Assembly: GCF_029257255.1 (NCBI RefSeq)
Contig: NZ_JARICI010000026.1
Span: 11,497-75,496, forward strand
Length of the DNA stretch: 64,000 bases
DNA from: Sporosarcina sp.
GTDB taxonomy: Bacteria > Bacillota > Bacilli > Bacillales_A > Planococcaceae
Direction of reading: 5' to 3'
Below, one piece after another: positions 9,833 to 21,209 of this stretch; within the stretch, counting starts at the first letter, position 1; each line of letters begins with the position of its first letter. Below the pieces are notes generated by a model that was not told the DNA's origin, did no database searches, and saw nothing but the letters and a program-made list of their open reading frames with translations. The translations under genes were made by a program, and so were the position numbers.

Positions 9833-10492
9833 ATGAAAAAAGAATTCGTGGTGATCGGTCTTGGACGGTTTGGTGGCAGTATCGTCAAAGAACTGATTGA
9901 GCTGGAAGCAGATGTCATGGCAATTGATATTTCACAGGAACGCGTAGAAGAGTATGCGAACATCGCTACGCAGGCAGTAGCCGTTGATACGACAGATGAA
10001 GCGGCTTTACGGTCTTTAGGTATTCGGAATTTTGAGCATGTGGTGATTGCGATCGGGGAGAATATACAGTCTAGTATCCTGACAACGTTGATTTTGAAGG
10101 AAATAGGTGTGCCGCGAATTACCGTGAAAGCACAAAATGATTATCATGAAAAAGTGCTGCGGAAAATTGGAGCAGATCAGGTCGTCCATCCTGAACGGGA
10201 TATGGGGAAACGGATTGCGAATAATTTGGTGTCGAATAACATTTTGGATTACTTGGAGCTGTCTGACGAGTATTCTATCGTGGAGATTCAGGCGAATGAT
10301 CATATCGCCGGTTCTTCTTTGATCGATTTGGATATTCGTGCAAAGTTCGGTGTCAACATCGTTGCTATTAAACGGGGTACGCATATTTTGGTATCACCGC
10401 AAGCGATTGAGCAAATTGAAGTGAATGACGTATTGATCGTCATAGGTTCTGATTTGGACATCCATCGGTTTGAGCGTAAAGCATTGCATTAA
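9833..10492 (+). CDS. ktrC: Ktr potassium uptake system peripheral NAD/ATP-binding subunit
   Basis: MKKEFVVIGLGRFGGSI..ITVKAQNDYHEKVL..IGADQVVHPERDM closely matches B. subtilis KtrC (YkqB) as recalled. GAGGAG SD before ATG 9833. Confidence 0.88.
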   Translation: MKKEFVVIGLGRFGGSIVKELIELEADVMAIDISQERVEEYANIATQAVAVDTTDEAALRSLGIRNFEHVVIAIGENIQSSILTTLILKEIGVPRITVKAQNDYHEKVLRKIGADQVVHPERDMGKRIANNLVSNNILDYLELSDEYSIVEIQANDHIAGSSLIDLDIRAKFGVNIVAIKRGTHILVSPQAIEQIEVNDVLIVIGSDLDIHRFERKALH

Positions 10493-10597
10493 TTGAAATA
10501 GAGTTTTAGGCCTCGAGATACTACTGGTGGATGTTTAAACAACAAGTGCCAACCTGTTGTATTGCTGTCTGGGCTTATTATAGTGTGTGTGAAAGAT

Positions 10598-10770
10598 GGT
10601 TAAGTGGAAAGAGGCCGTTTCCCTGCGTTCCAGGCGGACGCTTTCGGGAGGGCCCTCGGTGAGCCAACTGGTCGCTTCGCTCCCTTTAGTTGTCTCATCC
10701 TATCGGGCTGATCCTCCCCGAGTCGCCGCCTTCCACTCCGGTACACTGGGTGGTGTTTCAATACTTTTTA
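10598..10770 (+). repeat. Module A GC-rich hairpin repeat, copy A1, with T tail
   Basis: ggttaagtgg..ccgtttccctgcgttccaggcggacgc..cgagtcgccgccttccactccggtacactgggtggtgtttcaatacttttta. Aligns by eye along its whole length with the reverse complement of 26352-26516. Confidence 0.85.
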
Positions 10771-10894
10771 TGTGAGTGGCAGTTTGAACATATCATTTAA
10801 GTCTACGGTAATGGTAAAGTGTCTTACGCAACATTCGCCTAGAGAAAAAATGAATTACAACCAGTTTGAACCTAAAGGAATGATACCTTTACAA

Positions 10895-11070
10895 ACCAGC
10901 GAAGGCACAACTGCGGGGTCGGCCGTTGCTAATCGAACTGCGAAGGATTCGATTTGCCGTATTTCTGGTTCTTTCAGAAATTAAGGCAGTGATGTACGTT
11001 CTTTGCCAGCTGGCTCATAGCGTAAGGCAATCCCCCAGCGCCGAAGCGGGTTTAAACTGCAAACTCACAC
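10895..11070 (-). repeat. Module C repeat, copy C2 (with an internal insertion)
   Basis: Its reverse complement matches 55497-55622 (gtttaaacccgcttcggcgctgggggattgccttacgc..gagccagc.ggcaaag .. ccccgcagttg.gccttcgctgg), apart from an extra internal segment of roughly 55 nt (70-odd nt here replacing about 20 nt in C1). Confidence 0.8.
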
Positions 11071-11154
11071 TACATTCATACCTATTGCTAATTTGTGCAA
11101 CGGGTCCATACATATTAATTCTAAGTTGCAAAACTGAACACAATTTGATGAAAA

Positions 11155-11192
11155 GCAAAAAAAGCAAGTGCATATTCGCACTTGCTTTTTGT
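11155..11192. terminator. Bidirectional terminator at the rnjA 3' end
   Basis: aaaaaaagcaagtgc-atattc-gcacttgcttttt. Confidence 0.8.
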
Positions 11193-11199
11193 GTTTCTT

Positions 11200-12867
11200 T
11201 TACAATTCCATAATGACTGGAAGAATCATTGGCTTACGCTTCGTCTTCTCGTAAAGATATGGAACCAGTGTATCTATAATTTCACTCTTCAGTTGATTAA
11301 CGGAGTCGGGCTTACTTGCCAGTTTACGTTGCAATGTCTTAGACAGCATATACTGTGCTTCGTTGATCATCGCTCCTGATTCGCGCATGTAAACGAATCC
11401 ACGGGAAATCAAATCCGGACCGGATACTAGTCTGTTTTTCTTTGTATCTATAGTAGCTACGACAATAACTAATCCGTCTTCTGATAGAATTCGACGATCG
11501 CGCAGTACAACGTTTCCAATATCACCAATACCGCTTCCGTCAATATAAACATCACCGGAAGGTACACGGCCTGCAAGCCTTGCAGAATCGCCTGTAAGTG
11601 CAAGCACATCGCCATTCCCCATAATAAAGATATTATCCGGTTCTACATCACAATCGACAGCGAGTTCTGAGTGCATACTCATCATTCGGTACTCACCGTG
11701 AATCGGCATAAAGTACTTTGGTTTAATAAGACGCAGCATCAGTTTTTGTTCTTCCTGTGAACCGTGACCTGATGTATGGATATTGTTCAATGGCCCGTGA
11801 ATTACTTCAGCACCTGCACGGAACAGGGAGTTAATTGTTTTATTTACACTAAGCGTGTTGCCTGGGATTGGGGAGGAAGAAAAGATTACCGTATCTCCCG
11901 GCTGTATCTGTACTTGTCTGTGTGTACCGTTAGCAATACGTGACAGAGCAGCCATAGGTTCTCCCTGGCTTCCTGTACATAGAATCATGACTTTGTTAGC
12001 TGGAAGACGATTGAGGGACTGTGCATCAACGAATAAGTCTTTCGGTGCGTCAATGTAACCGAGTTCCCGTCCAATTGTAATTGCGTTATCCATACTTCGT
12101 CCGAAGATAGCAACTTTGCGGTCGAAATTCTGTGCTGCTTCAATTACTTGCTGCAAACGGTGAATGTTCGATGCAAACGTCGCGAAAATAATACGGCCGT
12201 CTACTGTACGGAAGATATCGTTCAGACTATCGCCGACTTTTCTTTCGGACATTGTAAAGTTCGGAATTTCAGCATTTGTACTGTCGGAAAGAAGGCACAG
12301 CACACCTTCACTGCCAATTTTAGCCATCTTATGCAAGTTGGCAGGTTCGCCTACAGGTGTAAAGTCGAATTTAAAGTCGCCTGTATGAACAATATTTCCT
12401 GATGGTGTCTTTACTACGACTCCGTATGCGTCGGGAATACTGTGTGTCGTTCGGAAGAAAGAGACGGACGTTTTACGGAACTTTATGAAATCATCTTCCT
12501 CTATTTCATGAAGTTTTGTTGTGCGTAGTAAACCGTGTTCTTCCAGTTTATTGCGTAATAATCCAATGGCGAGCTTCCCGCCGTATACCGGGATATTTAT
12601 CTTTTTCAGAAGATAAGGAATACCGCCGATATGGTCTTCGTGTCCGTGTGTGATGAAAAGTCCTTTGATTTTGTCGACATTGCGTTCAAGATATGTGTAA
12701 TCTGGAATGACATAGTCAATGCCCAACAGTTCATCTTCAGGAAATTTAATTCCGGCATCAATGATGATAAGTTCATCTTGGAATTGCACACAATACGTAT
12801 TCTTACCGATTTCACCTAGTCCGCCTAGAGCAAAAACGGCTGTTTCGTTATTTTTAATCGATTTCAT
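11200..12867 (-). CDS. rnjA: Ribonuclease J1
   Basis: 555 aa, metallo-beta-lactamase HGHEDHIGG motif, beta-CASP and C-terminal domain. Synteny with rpoY. Confidence 0.93.
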   Translation of the reverse strand: MKSIKNNETAVFALGGLGEIGKNTYCVQFQDELIIIDAGIKFPEDELLGIDYVIPDYTYLERNVDKIKGLFITHGHEDHIGGIPYLLKKINIPVYGGKLAIGLLRNKLEEHGLLRTTKLHEIEEDDFIKFRKTSVSFFRTTHSIPDAYGVVVKTPSGNIVHTGDFKFDFTPVGEPANLHKMAKIGSEGVLCLLSDSTNAEIPNFTMSERKVGDSLNDIFRTVDGRIIFATFASNIHRLQQVIEAAQNFDRKVAIFGRSMDNAITIGRELGYIDAPKDLFVDAQSLNRLPANKVMILCTGSQGEPMAALSRIANGTHRQVQIQPGDTVIFSSSPIPGNTLSVNKTINSLFRAGAEVIHGPLNNIHTSGHGSQEEQKLMLRLIKPKYFMPIHGEYRMMSMHSELAVDCDVEPDNIFIMGNGDVLALTGDSARLAGRVPSGDVYIDGSGIGDIGNVVLRDRRILSEDGLVIVVATIDTKKNRLVSGPDLISRGFVYMRESGAMINEAQYMLSKTLQRKLASKPDSVNQLKSEIIDTLVPYLYEKTKRKPMILPVIMEL

Positions 12868-12870
12868 AAA

Positions 12871-13080
12871 TTAGACCTGCTCAACCTGGAAGTGCGGAGA
12901 AGCTTGTTCATACTCTAAATGCTCGCCTTCCAGCTTCTGAATAAATTCAATCATAATTTTACGATCTTGTAACTGATCGCGCACTGCTTTCTCTGTTTCT
13001 GCTTCTACGTACATACTTTGTGTGTTTTCGCGGACTGGAACTTGGTGTACGTTTTCATGGTAATAAACTTTAAAAATCAT
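12871..13080 (-). CDS. rpoY: RNA polymerase epsilon subunit (YkzG)
   Basis: 69 aa; [19 protein letters not shown] pattern as in B. subtilis YkzG. Lies immediately upstream of rnjA. Confidence 0.85.
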   Translation of the reverse strand: MIFKVYYHENVHQVPVRENTQSMYVEAETEKAVRDQLQDRKIMIEFIQKLEGEHLEYEQASPHFQVEQV

Positions 13081-13143
13081 AGTGAACTCTCCTTTTTTTC
13101 GTTCGATATAAGATATATTTTCAATAATAGCATTTAACCGCTT

Positions 13144-13180
13144 TAAAATAAAGAAAAGCCCACCAATTTACTTGGCAGGC
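13144..13180 (-). terminator. Terminator/attenuator between the micro-ORF and rpoY
   Basis: Minus strand: gcctgccaa-gtaaa-ttggtgggc (9 bp, two G-U pairs) followed by ttttctttatttt. Confidence 0.6.
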
Positions 13181-13188
13181 GTAAATAT

Positions 13189-13260
13189 CTAAGCAATCGT
13201 CTTTTTACCGAGCAGGCCATTAAGTCGTCTAAGTAATTTACGTTTCAGACGTTTGTACAT
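13189..13260 (-). CDS. Candidate 23-codon micro-ORF (MYKRLKRKLLRRLNGLLGKKTIA)
   Basis: ATG preceded by AAGGAG with an 8-nt spacer. Has its own TTGACA-17-TACACT promoter (13283-13311) and an intrinsic terminator (13144-13180). Too short for the ORF track. Confidence 0.3.
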   Translation of the reverse strand: MYKRLKRKLLRRLNGLLGKKTIA

Positions 13261-13282
13261 GGCGTCATCACTCCTTGACAAG

Positions 13283-13311
13283 AGTGTACCATAATTCTGT
13301 TGATCTGTCAA
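13283..13311 (-). promoter_or_regulatory. Candidate sigmaA promoter driving the micro-ORF (and possibly rpoY-rnjA)
   Basis: Minus strand: TTGACA, 17-nt spacer ending TGg, TACACT. The -35 region forms an 8-bp inverted repeat (ccttgaca / tgtcaagg) with the sequence just before the SD. Confidence 0.5.
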
Positions 13312-13322
13312 GGTTTTTTCCT

Positions 13323-13880
13323 TTACTCTCTTTCGAATGGCGTAGCTCCATCGATATCCTTGTAAGGAGCACTTTCGTCGATATGGTCATAGAACATGAT
13401 GCCGTTTAAGTGATCCAACTCGTGCTGGAATGCAATAGCAGGCAAACCTTTAAGACGTTTCTTTATTTGGTTGCCTTCCTTATCATAAGCTTTAATTGTA
13501 ATTCGTGAATAGCGAGGTACATATCCCTCTACATCACGATCGACTGACAGACAGCCTTCGCCGGATGACAGATACGTTTTTTCTACAGAATGACTGATAA
13601 TCTTCGGGTTAATGGCAATAAAGTTCGTCAGCGGTGGCTCTTCATCTGGAATATGCAGGGCAAAAACTCTTTTTGAAACGTTCACTTGCGGTGCTGCCAA
13701 GCCAATTCCTGAGCGCAGGTTGTATTTTTCGCATAGCTCATCATCCTGACTGTTGACGATATATTCAAGTAGGTCGTCACATAACTGGCGGTCTTCTGTA
13801 CTTAATGGAAAGGACATCTCTTTTGCTTTAACGCGCAATGTAGGGTGCCCTTCACGTATAATATCATTCATTAAAATCAT
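13323..13880 (-). CDS. defB: Peptide deformylase
   Basis: GIGLAAPQ, EGCLS and HELDH deformylase motifs. Synteny with B. subtilis ykrB. Confidence 0.9.
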   Translation of the reverse strand: MILMNDIIREGHPTLRVKAKEMSFPLSTEDRQLCDDLLEYIVNSQDDELCEKYNLRSGIGLAAPQVNVSKRVFALHIPDEEPPLTNFIAINPKIISHSVEKTYLSSGEGCLSVDRDVEGYVPRYSRITIKAYDKEGNQIKKRLKGLPAIAFQHELDHLNGIMFYDHIDESAPYKDIDGATPFERE

Positions 13881-13989
13881 TTTTATTCTTCCCTTCGGAT
13901 ATGGTGGCTATTAGATAGTATATGTTAAGTATAAACGAAGCGTAAAAATGGTTAAAGGGAAATGTACGCATTTAATAGGAGGTTTTATT

Positions 13990-14625
13990 TTGAAGAACAT
14001 CTTAGTATTTTTTTCAGTTGCGCTTATACTGGTGGCTTGTTCCAATGAAACTTCAGAAAGACAGCGGTTGACAGATGCACTTGCTGTGATTAATGAAAAG
14101 GAATCGCAAAGTCTGAGCGTTGTAAAGAAGCTGAATCAGCAGGAAGAGAAAGAGCAAAAAATATTTGCTAAAACGATGGAGCTGACGCAGGACCAATATC
14201 CTGAAGTGAAAAAGCAGGTCGCTTCATTAAAAAAATCAGCCAGGAACAGAACAGAAATGATAGAAAAAGAAGAGATGACTGTCAGCGAGGCGAGAGATGA
14301 AACGAACGAAGTAGCGGATTTGCTGAAGACGTTAAAACGCGAAGATAAGAAAAAAACTGAGAAAATGCTTGCGACTCTGGAAGAGCGATATACTTTGCAT
14401 GAAAAATTTATATTGGATTATAAAAACCTAATTGATGCACAAACTCAATTATATACTCAATTAGAGGATCGGGAGGTTCGTGCGAGTCAACTTCAGAAAA
14501 AAGTGAAAGAAATAAACGAATTGGCTGTTACGGTTCAGTTGTCGGTTGAAGAGTTTAATGCTTCGACTGCTGAGGTTAATCGGTTAGGAACGCGTGTCTT
14601 GGAAAGTTTAGAAGACGTAGATTAA
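13990..14625 (+). CDS. ykyA: YkyA-family lipoprotein (coiled-coil)
   Basis: TTG 13990 follows AGGAGG. Lipobox LVAC. Charged coiled-coil body. Position between def and pdhA as in B. subtilis. Confidence 0.65.
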   Translation: MKNILVFFSVALILVACSNETSERQRLTDALAVINEKESQSLSVVKKLNQQEEKEQKIFAKTMELTQDQYPEVKKQVASLKKSARNRTEMIEKEEMTVSEARDETNEVADLLKTLKREDKKKTEKMLATLEERYTLHEKFILDYKNLIDAQTQLYTQLEDREVRASQLQKKVKEINELAVTVQLSVEEFNASTAEVNRLGTRVLESLEDVD

Positions 14626-14636
14626 GGAAAGTAAAG

Positions 14637-14664
14637 AGTAGGGAGGGTTTCTCCCTACTTTTTT
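14637..14664 (+). terminator. Terminator after ykyA
   Basis: agtaggga-gggtttc-tccctact followed by tttttt. Confidence 0.8.
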
Positions 14665-14887
14665 ATGGAGTTAAGGGAAGTAGATGTAATAGGAAAAACA
14701 GTGAACACGGAAGAACTGTACCATTACAGTTTCGATATTGTGTTAGTACAGTGTTTTTTTGTGAAACAGTGTTTAATTACTAAAACTCTGTTATTACAAT
14801 GGTTGACCATGCGCTCAGTTTTGAGTATACTTAAAAATATACCACGTTGTATTAATTTTATTCGAAAATAGTATAATACAGATATGA

Positions 14888-16018
<1,131 letters not shown>

Positions 16019-16021
16019 CCA

Positions 16022-16999
16022 ATGGCACAGATGACAATGATTCAAGCGATCACAGATGCGCTTCGTACAGAACTGAAAAACGATGAAAAAGTCTTACTAT
16101 TCGGGGAGGACGTAGGCGCAAACGGAGGTGTCTTCCGTGCGACGGAAGGTCTTCATAAAGAATTTGGGGAAGACCGTGTATTTGATACGCCACTTGCAGA
16201 ATCCGGTATCGGCGGACTGGCAATTGGTTTAGCATTAACCGGCTTCCGTCCTATTATGGAAATTCAATTCTTTGGATTTTTATTCGAAGTACTGGATTCC
16301 GTTAGCGGACAGATGGCGAGAATGAGCTTCAGAACTGGCGGTCATTTTAACGCACCGGTTACAATCCGTGCGCCATTTGGCGGTGGTGTAGCGACTCCTG
16401 AAATGCACGCGGACAGTTTGGAAGGAATTGTAGCTTCACAGCCAGGTCTGACTGTAGTTATTCCTTCGACTCCGTACGATGCAAAAGGATTGCTCATTTC
16501 AGCAATAAAAGATGATAATCCTGTAATTTTCCTAGAGCATATGAAATTATACCGTTCATTTAGACAGGAAGTTCCTGAAGAGGAGTATACGATTCCTTTA
16601 GGTAAAGCAGATGTGAAGCGCGAAGGAACAGATTTGACGATCATTGCATACGGTGCGATGGTTCAAGAAAGTTTGAAGGCGGCAGAAGCATTAGAAAAAG
16701 AAGATTACTCAGTTGAAGTAATCGACTTGCGCACTATTCAGCCGTTAGACGTAGAAACTATCATTAAATCAGTAGAAAAAACAAACCGTGCAATAGTTGT
16801 ACAAGAAGCACAGCGTCAAGCAGGAATCGCTGCGAACGTAGTGGCGGAAATTACTGAACGCGCAATCTTAAGTTTAGAAGCACCTGTTTTACGGGTAACA
16901 GCTCCAGATACAGTGTATCCATTTGCTGCCGGTGAAAACACTTGGTTGCCAAACGCTAAAGATATTGCAGCGAAAGCAAAAGAAGTCCTAACATTTTAA
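16022..16999 (+). CDS. pdhB: Pyruvate dehydrogenase E1 beta
   Basis: 325 aa with typical E1-beta N-terminus [14 protein letters not shown]. Adjacent to pdhA. Confidence 0.93.
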   Translation: MAQMTMIQAITDALRTELKNDEKVLLFGEDVGANGGVFRATEGLHKEFGEDRVFDTPLAESGIGGLAIGLALTGFRPIMEIQFFGFLFEVLDSVSGQMARMSFRTGGHFNAPVTIRAPFGGGVATPEMHADSLEGIVASQPGLTVVIPSTPYDAKGLLISAIKDDNPVIFLEHMKLYRSFRQEVPEEEYTIPLGKADVKREGTDLTIIAYGAMVQESLKAAEALEKEDYSVEVIDLRTIQPLDVETIIKSVEKTNRAIVVQEAQRQAGIAANVVAEITERAILSLEAPVLRVTAPDTVYPFAAGENTWLPNAKDIAAKAKEVLTF

Positions 17000-17071
17000 T
17001 TGAGTCCAGTGTTCATTTCGAATGAAGTTGATTGGAAGTGAATGCTGGATAATCCAGAAAGGGTGAATTAC

Positions 17072-18433
17072 GTGACCTATGAATTTCGTTTACCAGACAT
17101 TGGAGAAGGTATACATGAAGGTGAGATCGTAAAGTGGTTTGTTAAAGCCGGCGATACAATTCAGGAAGATGATACGCTATTAGAGGTTCAGAACGATAAA
17201 GCAGTTGTAGAAATACCATCCCCTGTTTCAGGGACTATTGAAGAAATTTATGTCAGCGAAGGTACGGTGGCTGTAGTTGGAGATAAGTTAGTTCGTTTCG
17301 ATGCACCGGACCATGATATTCCTGATCACGAAGATGGCGATAGTTCAGATTCATCTACAGAAGAAAGTGCAGAAAAATCGCATGAGCAAGTGCAGGAAAC
17401 AGTTGGTGTAGAAGGGGCTAAGAAACCTGATCAGCCAGCTGATGAACAGCTTGATTCCAAGCCGGAAGCAACTGTGAAACCAGCCGACAGCCCAGATGAA
17501 AACCGCAGAGTTATTGCGATGCCGTCAGTACGTAAATATGCAAGAGAACAAAACGTTACGATTGCACAAGTGGCGGGAAGCGGGAAAAATGGCAGAGTAT
17601 TGAAGGAAGATATCGATACATTCAAATCAGGTGGGCAGCAGGTGGTTTCTGAAACAGCTAAAACTCAGGAAATATCCGGTCAAACAGCTGAAGAAACAAC
17701 AGCTCCTAATCAACCTGTATTTGAAGGAGAATTCCCGGAAACACGCGAAAAGCTTTCTCCTATGCGAAAAGCTATTTCAAAAGCGATGTCAAATTCGAAG
17801 CATACAGCAGCTCACGTCACATTGCTTGATGAAGTAGATGTCACGGCGCTTGTAGCACATCGTAAAGAATTCAAGGCGATTGCGGCAGAACGCGATATTA
17901 AATTAACGTACTTGCCATATGTAGTGAAAGCACTGGTTGCCACGCTCCGTGAATTCCCGCAGTTAAATACATCACTGGACGATGCGACAGATGAATTAAT
18001 TCAGAAACATTATTACAATATCGGAATCGCTGCAGACACAGATCGAGGCCTGATGGTGCCGGTCGTGAAAAATGCAGATCGTAAATCCGTATTCCATATT
18101 TCAAATGAAGTGAATGAACTGGCTGGAAAAGCACGTGATGGAAAACTTCAAGCCGCAGAAATGAAGGATGCATCATGTACGATCACGAATATCGGTTCTG
18201 CTGGAGGACTGTGGTTCACTCCAATTATTAATCACCCTGAAGTAGCAATTCTAGGTGTCGGAAGAATTTCTGAGAAACCTGTTGTGAAAAATGGTGAAAT
18301 TGTAGCCGCACCTATGTTAGCATTATCTTTGGTGTTCGATCACCGAGTAATTGATGGCGTAACGGGTCAATTAGCGTTAAACTATCTTAAGGAATTACTA
18401 GGTAACCCATCACTTTTATTAATGGAGGCGTAA
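17072..18433 (+). CDS. pdhC: Dihydrolipoamide acetyltransferase E2
   Basis: Lipoyl domain ([13 protein letters not shown]), acidic/Pro linker, E3-binding domain and catalytic DHRVIDG. GTG 17072 has GAAAGGG 8 nt upstream. Confidence 0.92.
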   Translation: MTYEFRLPDIGEGIHEGEIVKWFVKAGDTIQEDDTLLEVQNDKAVVEIPSPVSGTIEEIYVSEGTVAVVGDKLVRFDAPDHDIPDHEDGDSSDSSTEESAEKSHEQVQETVGVEGAKKPDQPADEQLDSKPEATVKPADSPDENRRVIAMPSVRKYAREQNVTIAQVAGSGKNGRVLKEDIDTFKSGGQQVVSETAKTQEISGQTAEETTAPNQPVFEGEFPETREKLSPMRKAISKAMSNSKHTAAHVTLLDEVDVTALVAHRKEFKAIAAERDIKLTYLPYVVKALVATLREFPQLNTSLDDATDELIQKHYYNIGIAADTDRGLMVPVVKNADRKSVFHISNEVNELAGKARDGKLQAAEMKDASCTITNIGSAGGLWFTPIINHPEVAILGVGRISEKPVVKNGEIVAAPMLALSLVFDHRVIDGVTGQLALNYLKELLGNPSLLLMEA

Positions 18434-18438
18434 AGCAC

Positions 18439-19851
18439 ATGGTAGTAGGAGATTTTCCAATTGAAGTAGATACACTCGTAGTAGGTTCAGGCCCAGGAGG
18501 ATATGTTGCAGCAATCCGAGCAGCACAACTTGGACAGAAGGTTACGATTGTAGAAAAAAATACGATTGGCGGCGTTTGTTTGAACGTTGGATGTATTCCG
18601 TCCAAAGCATTGATCTCTGTAGGACACCGTTTAGTAGCAGCTCAAGAGTCTGATACTATGGGAATCACTGCGGAATCTGTCAAACTCGACTTCTCTAAAG
18701 CAATGAAGTTTAAAGAAGGTGTAGTTTCTAAATTGACAGGTGGCGTTGAAGGTCTGTTGAAAGGGAATAAAGTGGAAACAGTAAGCGGAGAAGCATATTT
18801 TGTTGATGCGAATACTGTACGCGTTATGACGGAGAAATCTGCCCAGACATATAAATTCAATAACGTGATTATTGCAACGGGTGCACGTCCTGTTGAAATT
18901 CCATCTTTCAAATTCACTGACCGTGTTATCAACTCTACAGGTGCACTTGCATTGAAGGAACTACCTAAGAAGTTAGTAGTAGTCGGCGGCGGATACATCG
19001 GAACTGAGCTTGGTTCTGCTTATGCGAACCTCGGTTCTGAAGTTACGATTCTTGAAGGTGCTGACGATATTCTTGCGGGCTTTGAAAAACAAATGACGCA
19101 AATCGTTAAAAAGGGCCTTAAGAAAAAAGGCGTTGAAGTAGTTGTGAAAGCATCTGCAAAAGGCGTTGAAGAAACAAAAGACGGCGTTGTCGTTACGTAT
19201 GAAGCAAAAGGTGAAGAAGTGAAAGTTGAAGCGGACTACTGTTTAGTGACAGTTGGACGTCGTCCGAACACAGACGAAATCGGTCTTGAAGGACTTGGCT
19301 TGAAGATGACTGACCGCGGTCTTATAGAAGTAGACAAGCAGTGCCGTACGAACGTACCGAATGTATATGCAATCGGTGATATCGTTGCAGGTCCTCAGCT
19401 TGCACACAAAGCTTCTTACGAGGCGAAAGTTGCTGCTGAAGCAATCTCTGGAGAAAAGTCTGAAGTGGACTACATGGCAATTCCTGCTGTCTGCTTTACT
19501 GATCCGGAACTTGCAACAGTTGGTCTGAATGAACAACAGGCTAAAGACGAAGGTTATGAAGTAGTGAGCGGTAAATTCCCGTTCGCAGCTAATGGCCGTG
19601 CGCTTTCATTGGATGCAACAGAAGGCTTTGTGAAGCTGGTTGCACGCAAGGAAGATGGATTGCTTCTAGGAGCACAAATCGTTGGAGAAAATGCATCTGA
19701 CATGATTGCTGAAATGGGCTTAGCCATTGAAGCAGGCATGACACTTGAAGATGTCTCTATGACGATCCACGCACACCCTACATTAGGTGAAATTTCCATG
19801 GAAGCAGCTGAAGTTGCTCTTGGTAAACCGATCCACATGATGACAAAATAA
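18439..19851 (+). CDS. pdhD: Dihydrolipoyl dehydrogenase E3
   Basis: GSGPGGY FAD fold, redox-active [10 protein letters not shown], and C-terminal HAHPTLGE. Confidence 0.93.
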   Translation: MVVGDFPIEVDTLVVGSGPGGYVAAIRAAQLGQKVTIVEKNTIGGVCLNVGCIPSKALISVGHRLVAAQESDTMGITAESVKLDFSKAMKFKEGVVSKLTGGVEGLLKGNKVETVSGEAYFVDANTVRVMTEKSAQTYKFNNVIIATGARPVEIPSFKFTDRVINSTGALALKELPKKLVVVGGGYIGTELGSAYANLGSEVTILEGADDILAGFEKQMTQIVKKGLKKKGVEVVVKASAKGVEETKDGVVVTYEAKGEEVKVEADYCLVTVGRRPNTDEIGLEGLGLKMTDRGLIEVDKQCRTNVPNVYAIGDIVAGPQLAHKASYEAKVAAEAISGEKSEVDYMAIPAVCFTDPELATVGLNEQQAKDEGYEVVSGKFPFAANGRALSLDATEGFVKLVARKEDGLLLGAQIVGENASDMIAEMGLAIEAGMTLEDVSMTIHAHPTLGEISMEAAEVALGKPIHMMTK

Positions 19852-19864
19852 AACAACATGATAT

Positions 19865-19901
19865 AACAGCCCATGGGAATTACTTCTCATGGGTTGTTTT
19901 T
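19865..19901 (+). terminator. Terminator after pdhD
   Basis: aacagcccatg..catgggttgtt followed by ttt. Confidence 0.8.
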
Positions 19902-19922
19902 AAATGGAGAAGGAGTGAGATC

Positions 19923-20885
19923 TTGAACTGGAATACAAGAGTGACAGAGTTATTCGGGATCGATTATCCGATTGTGCAGGGAGGACTTGCATACTTAGCA
20001 TACGCCGATCTTGCTGCAGCAGTGTCTGAAGCTGGCGGGCTGGGGCAGATAACTGCTATGAGTTTGCCTTCACCAGAATCATTAAAGCAGGAGATTCATA
20101 GAGTGCAGCAGAAGACTGCTAAACCATTTGGTGTGAACTTCGCAATTGGCAACCACGGCCGATCGTTTGAAGCGATGGTGGAAGCTGCTCTCGAAGAAAA
20201 TGTAGAGATTATCTCTGTAACGGGTGGAAATCCAGCGCCTCTATTTGATATGCTGAAAGGAACTACTGTGAAAAAGCTGGTGTTGGTGGCTGCAAGAAGG
20301 CAGGCGCAAAAAGCTGAAGAAATCGGTGCGGATGCTGTCATTGCAGTTGGTCAGGAAGGCGGTGGCCACCTTGGACGCGATGACATCGGCACGATGGTGT
20401 TGATTCCACGTATAGCAGATGTTGTGAGCATTCCGGTTATCGGTTCGGGTGGTATAGGAGACGGGCGTGGCTGGATGGCGGCACAAGCGTTAGGTGCTGA
20501 AGGTATTGAAATGGGCACACGTTTCATTGCAACTAAAGAATGTGTCGATGCATCGCCGGCTTACATTGAAGCGCTGCTAGCCAGTTCTGAGCAAGATACC
20601 GCGGTAATCAAGCGGACAATTGGTGCTCCTGCACGGGCGCTTTCAAATGATTGGACGTCAAAAATTCTAGAATTGGAATCTGAAGGTGCGGGTTATCAAG
20701 GGTTAAAAAGTTATATTAGCGGGGAAGCTAACTGTAAATTCATTCATGAAGGTTCTATGCAGGAAGGTTTCGGCTGGGCGGGCCAAATTGCTGGAATGAT
20801 TGATGACGTCCCGACAGTTGCGGATCTGTTTGCCCGCATGCGCAGTGAAGCTGAAACAGTACGAAAAAAATGGGGCGAAGTATAG
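19923..20885 (+). CDS. FMN-dependent nitronate monooxygenase / FabK-family oxidoreductase
   Basis: 320 aa TIM-barrel NMO pattern (YPIVQGGLAYLA.., GSGGIGDGRG). TTG start after GAAGGAG. Confidence 0.75.
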   Translation: MNWNTRVTELFGIDYPIVQGGLAYLAYADLAAAVSEAGGLGQITAMSLPSPESLKQEIHRVQQKTAKPFGVNFAIGNHGRSFEAMVEAALEENVEIISVTGGNPAPLFDMLKGTTVKKLVLVAARRQAQKAEEIGADAVIAVGQEGGGHLGRDDIGTMVLIPRIADVVSIPVIGSGGIGDGRGWMAAQALGAEGIEMGTRFIATKECVDASPAYIEALLASSEQDTAVIKRTIGAPARALSNDWTSKILELESEGAGYQGLKSYISGEANCKFIHEGSMQEGFGWAGQIAGMIDDVPTVADLFARMRSEAETVRKKWGEV

Positions 20886-20896
20886 GAGGTTAATAG

Positions 20897-21169
20897 ATGG
20901 CTGAGTATCAGTATCCGTTGCGTGCGGATTGGTCGACTGACGAAGTTGTGAAAGTAATCGATTTTTTTACAAAAGTAGAGAAGGCCTATGAATCTTCTGT
21001 TGAAAGAGAAGAATTCATGAATCATTACCGTTTATTTAAAAAAGTAGTTCCTTCAATGGCAGAAGAAAAAACGCTCTGTAAAGAGTTTGAAGAGAGCAGC
21101 GGATATGTCGCTTTTCAAGTCGTGAAATTGGCAAAGGAAAGTGTGTCTGGCGATCTGTTGAAAATGTAA
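20897..21169 (+). CDS. yktA: UPF0223 protein YktA
   Basis: 90 aa; YQYPL..DWSTDEVVKVIDFF pattern and synteny. Confidence 0.8.
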   Translation: MAEYQYPLRADWSTDEVVKVIDFFTKVEKAYESSVEREEFMNHYRLFKKVVPSMAEEKTLCKEFEESSGYVAFQVVKLAKESVSGDLLKM

Positions 21170-21209
21170 AAAAACGATGACCTGGAAATTTTCCGGTCAT
21201 CGTTTTTTC
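21168..21209. terminator. Bidirectional terminator between yktA and yktB
   Basis: aaaaaaacgatgacc..ggtcatcgtttttt. Confidence 0.85.

Noticed and set aside
10772-11213. Track ORFs 10772..10984 and 10926..11213 (+) in the ktrC-rnjA gap
   Set aside because: They lie on module T/C repeat sequence and cross the rnjA terminator. They have no SD, and their content mirrors the repeat rather than a protein family.
14665-14871. Track ORF 14665..14871 (+) in the pdhA upstream region
   Set aside because: It starts inside the ykyA terminator T-run, has no SD, and consists of AT-rich promoter-type sequence. An ACAGTG(T) motif recurs here three times (about 14697, 14747, 14766), but I could not tie it to any known regulator.
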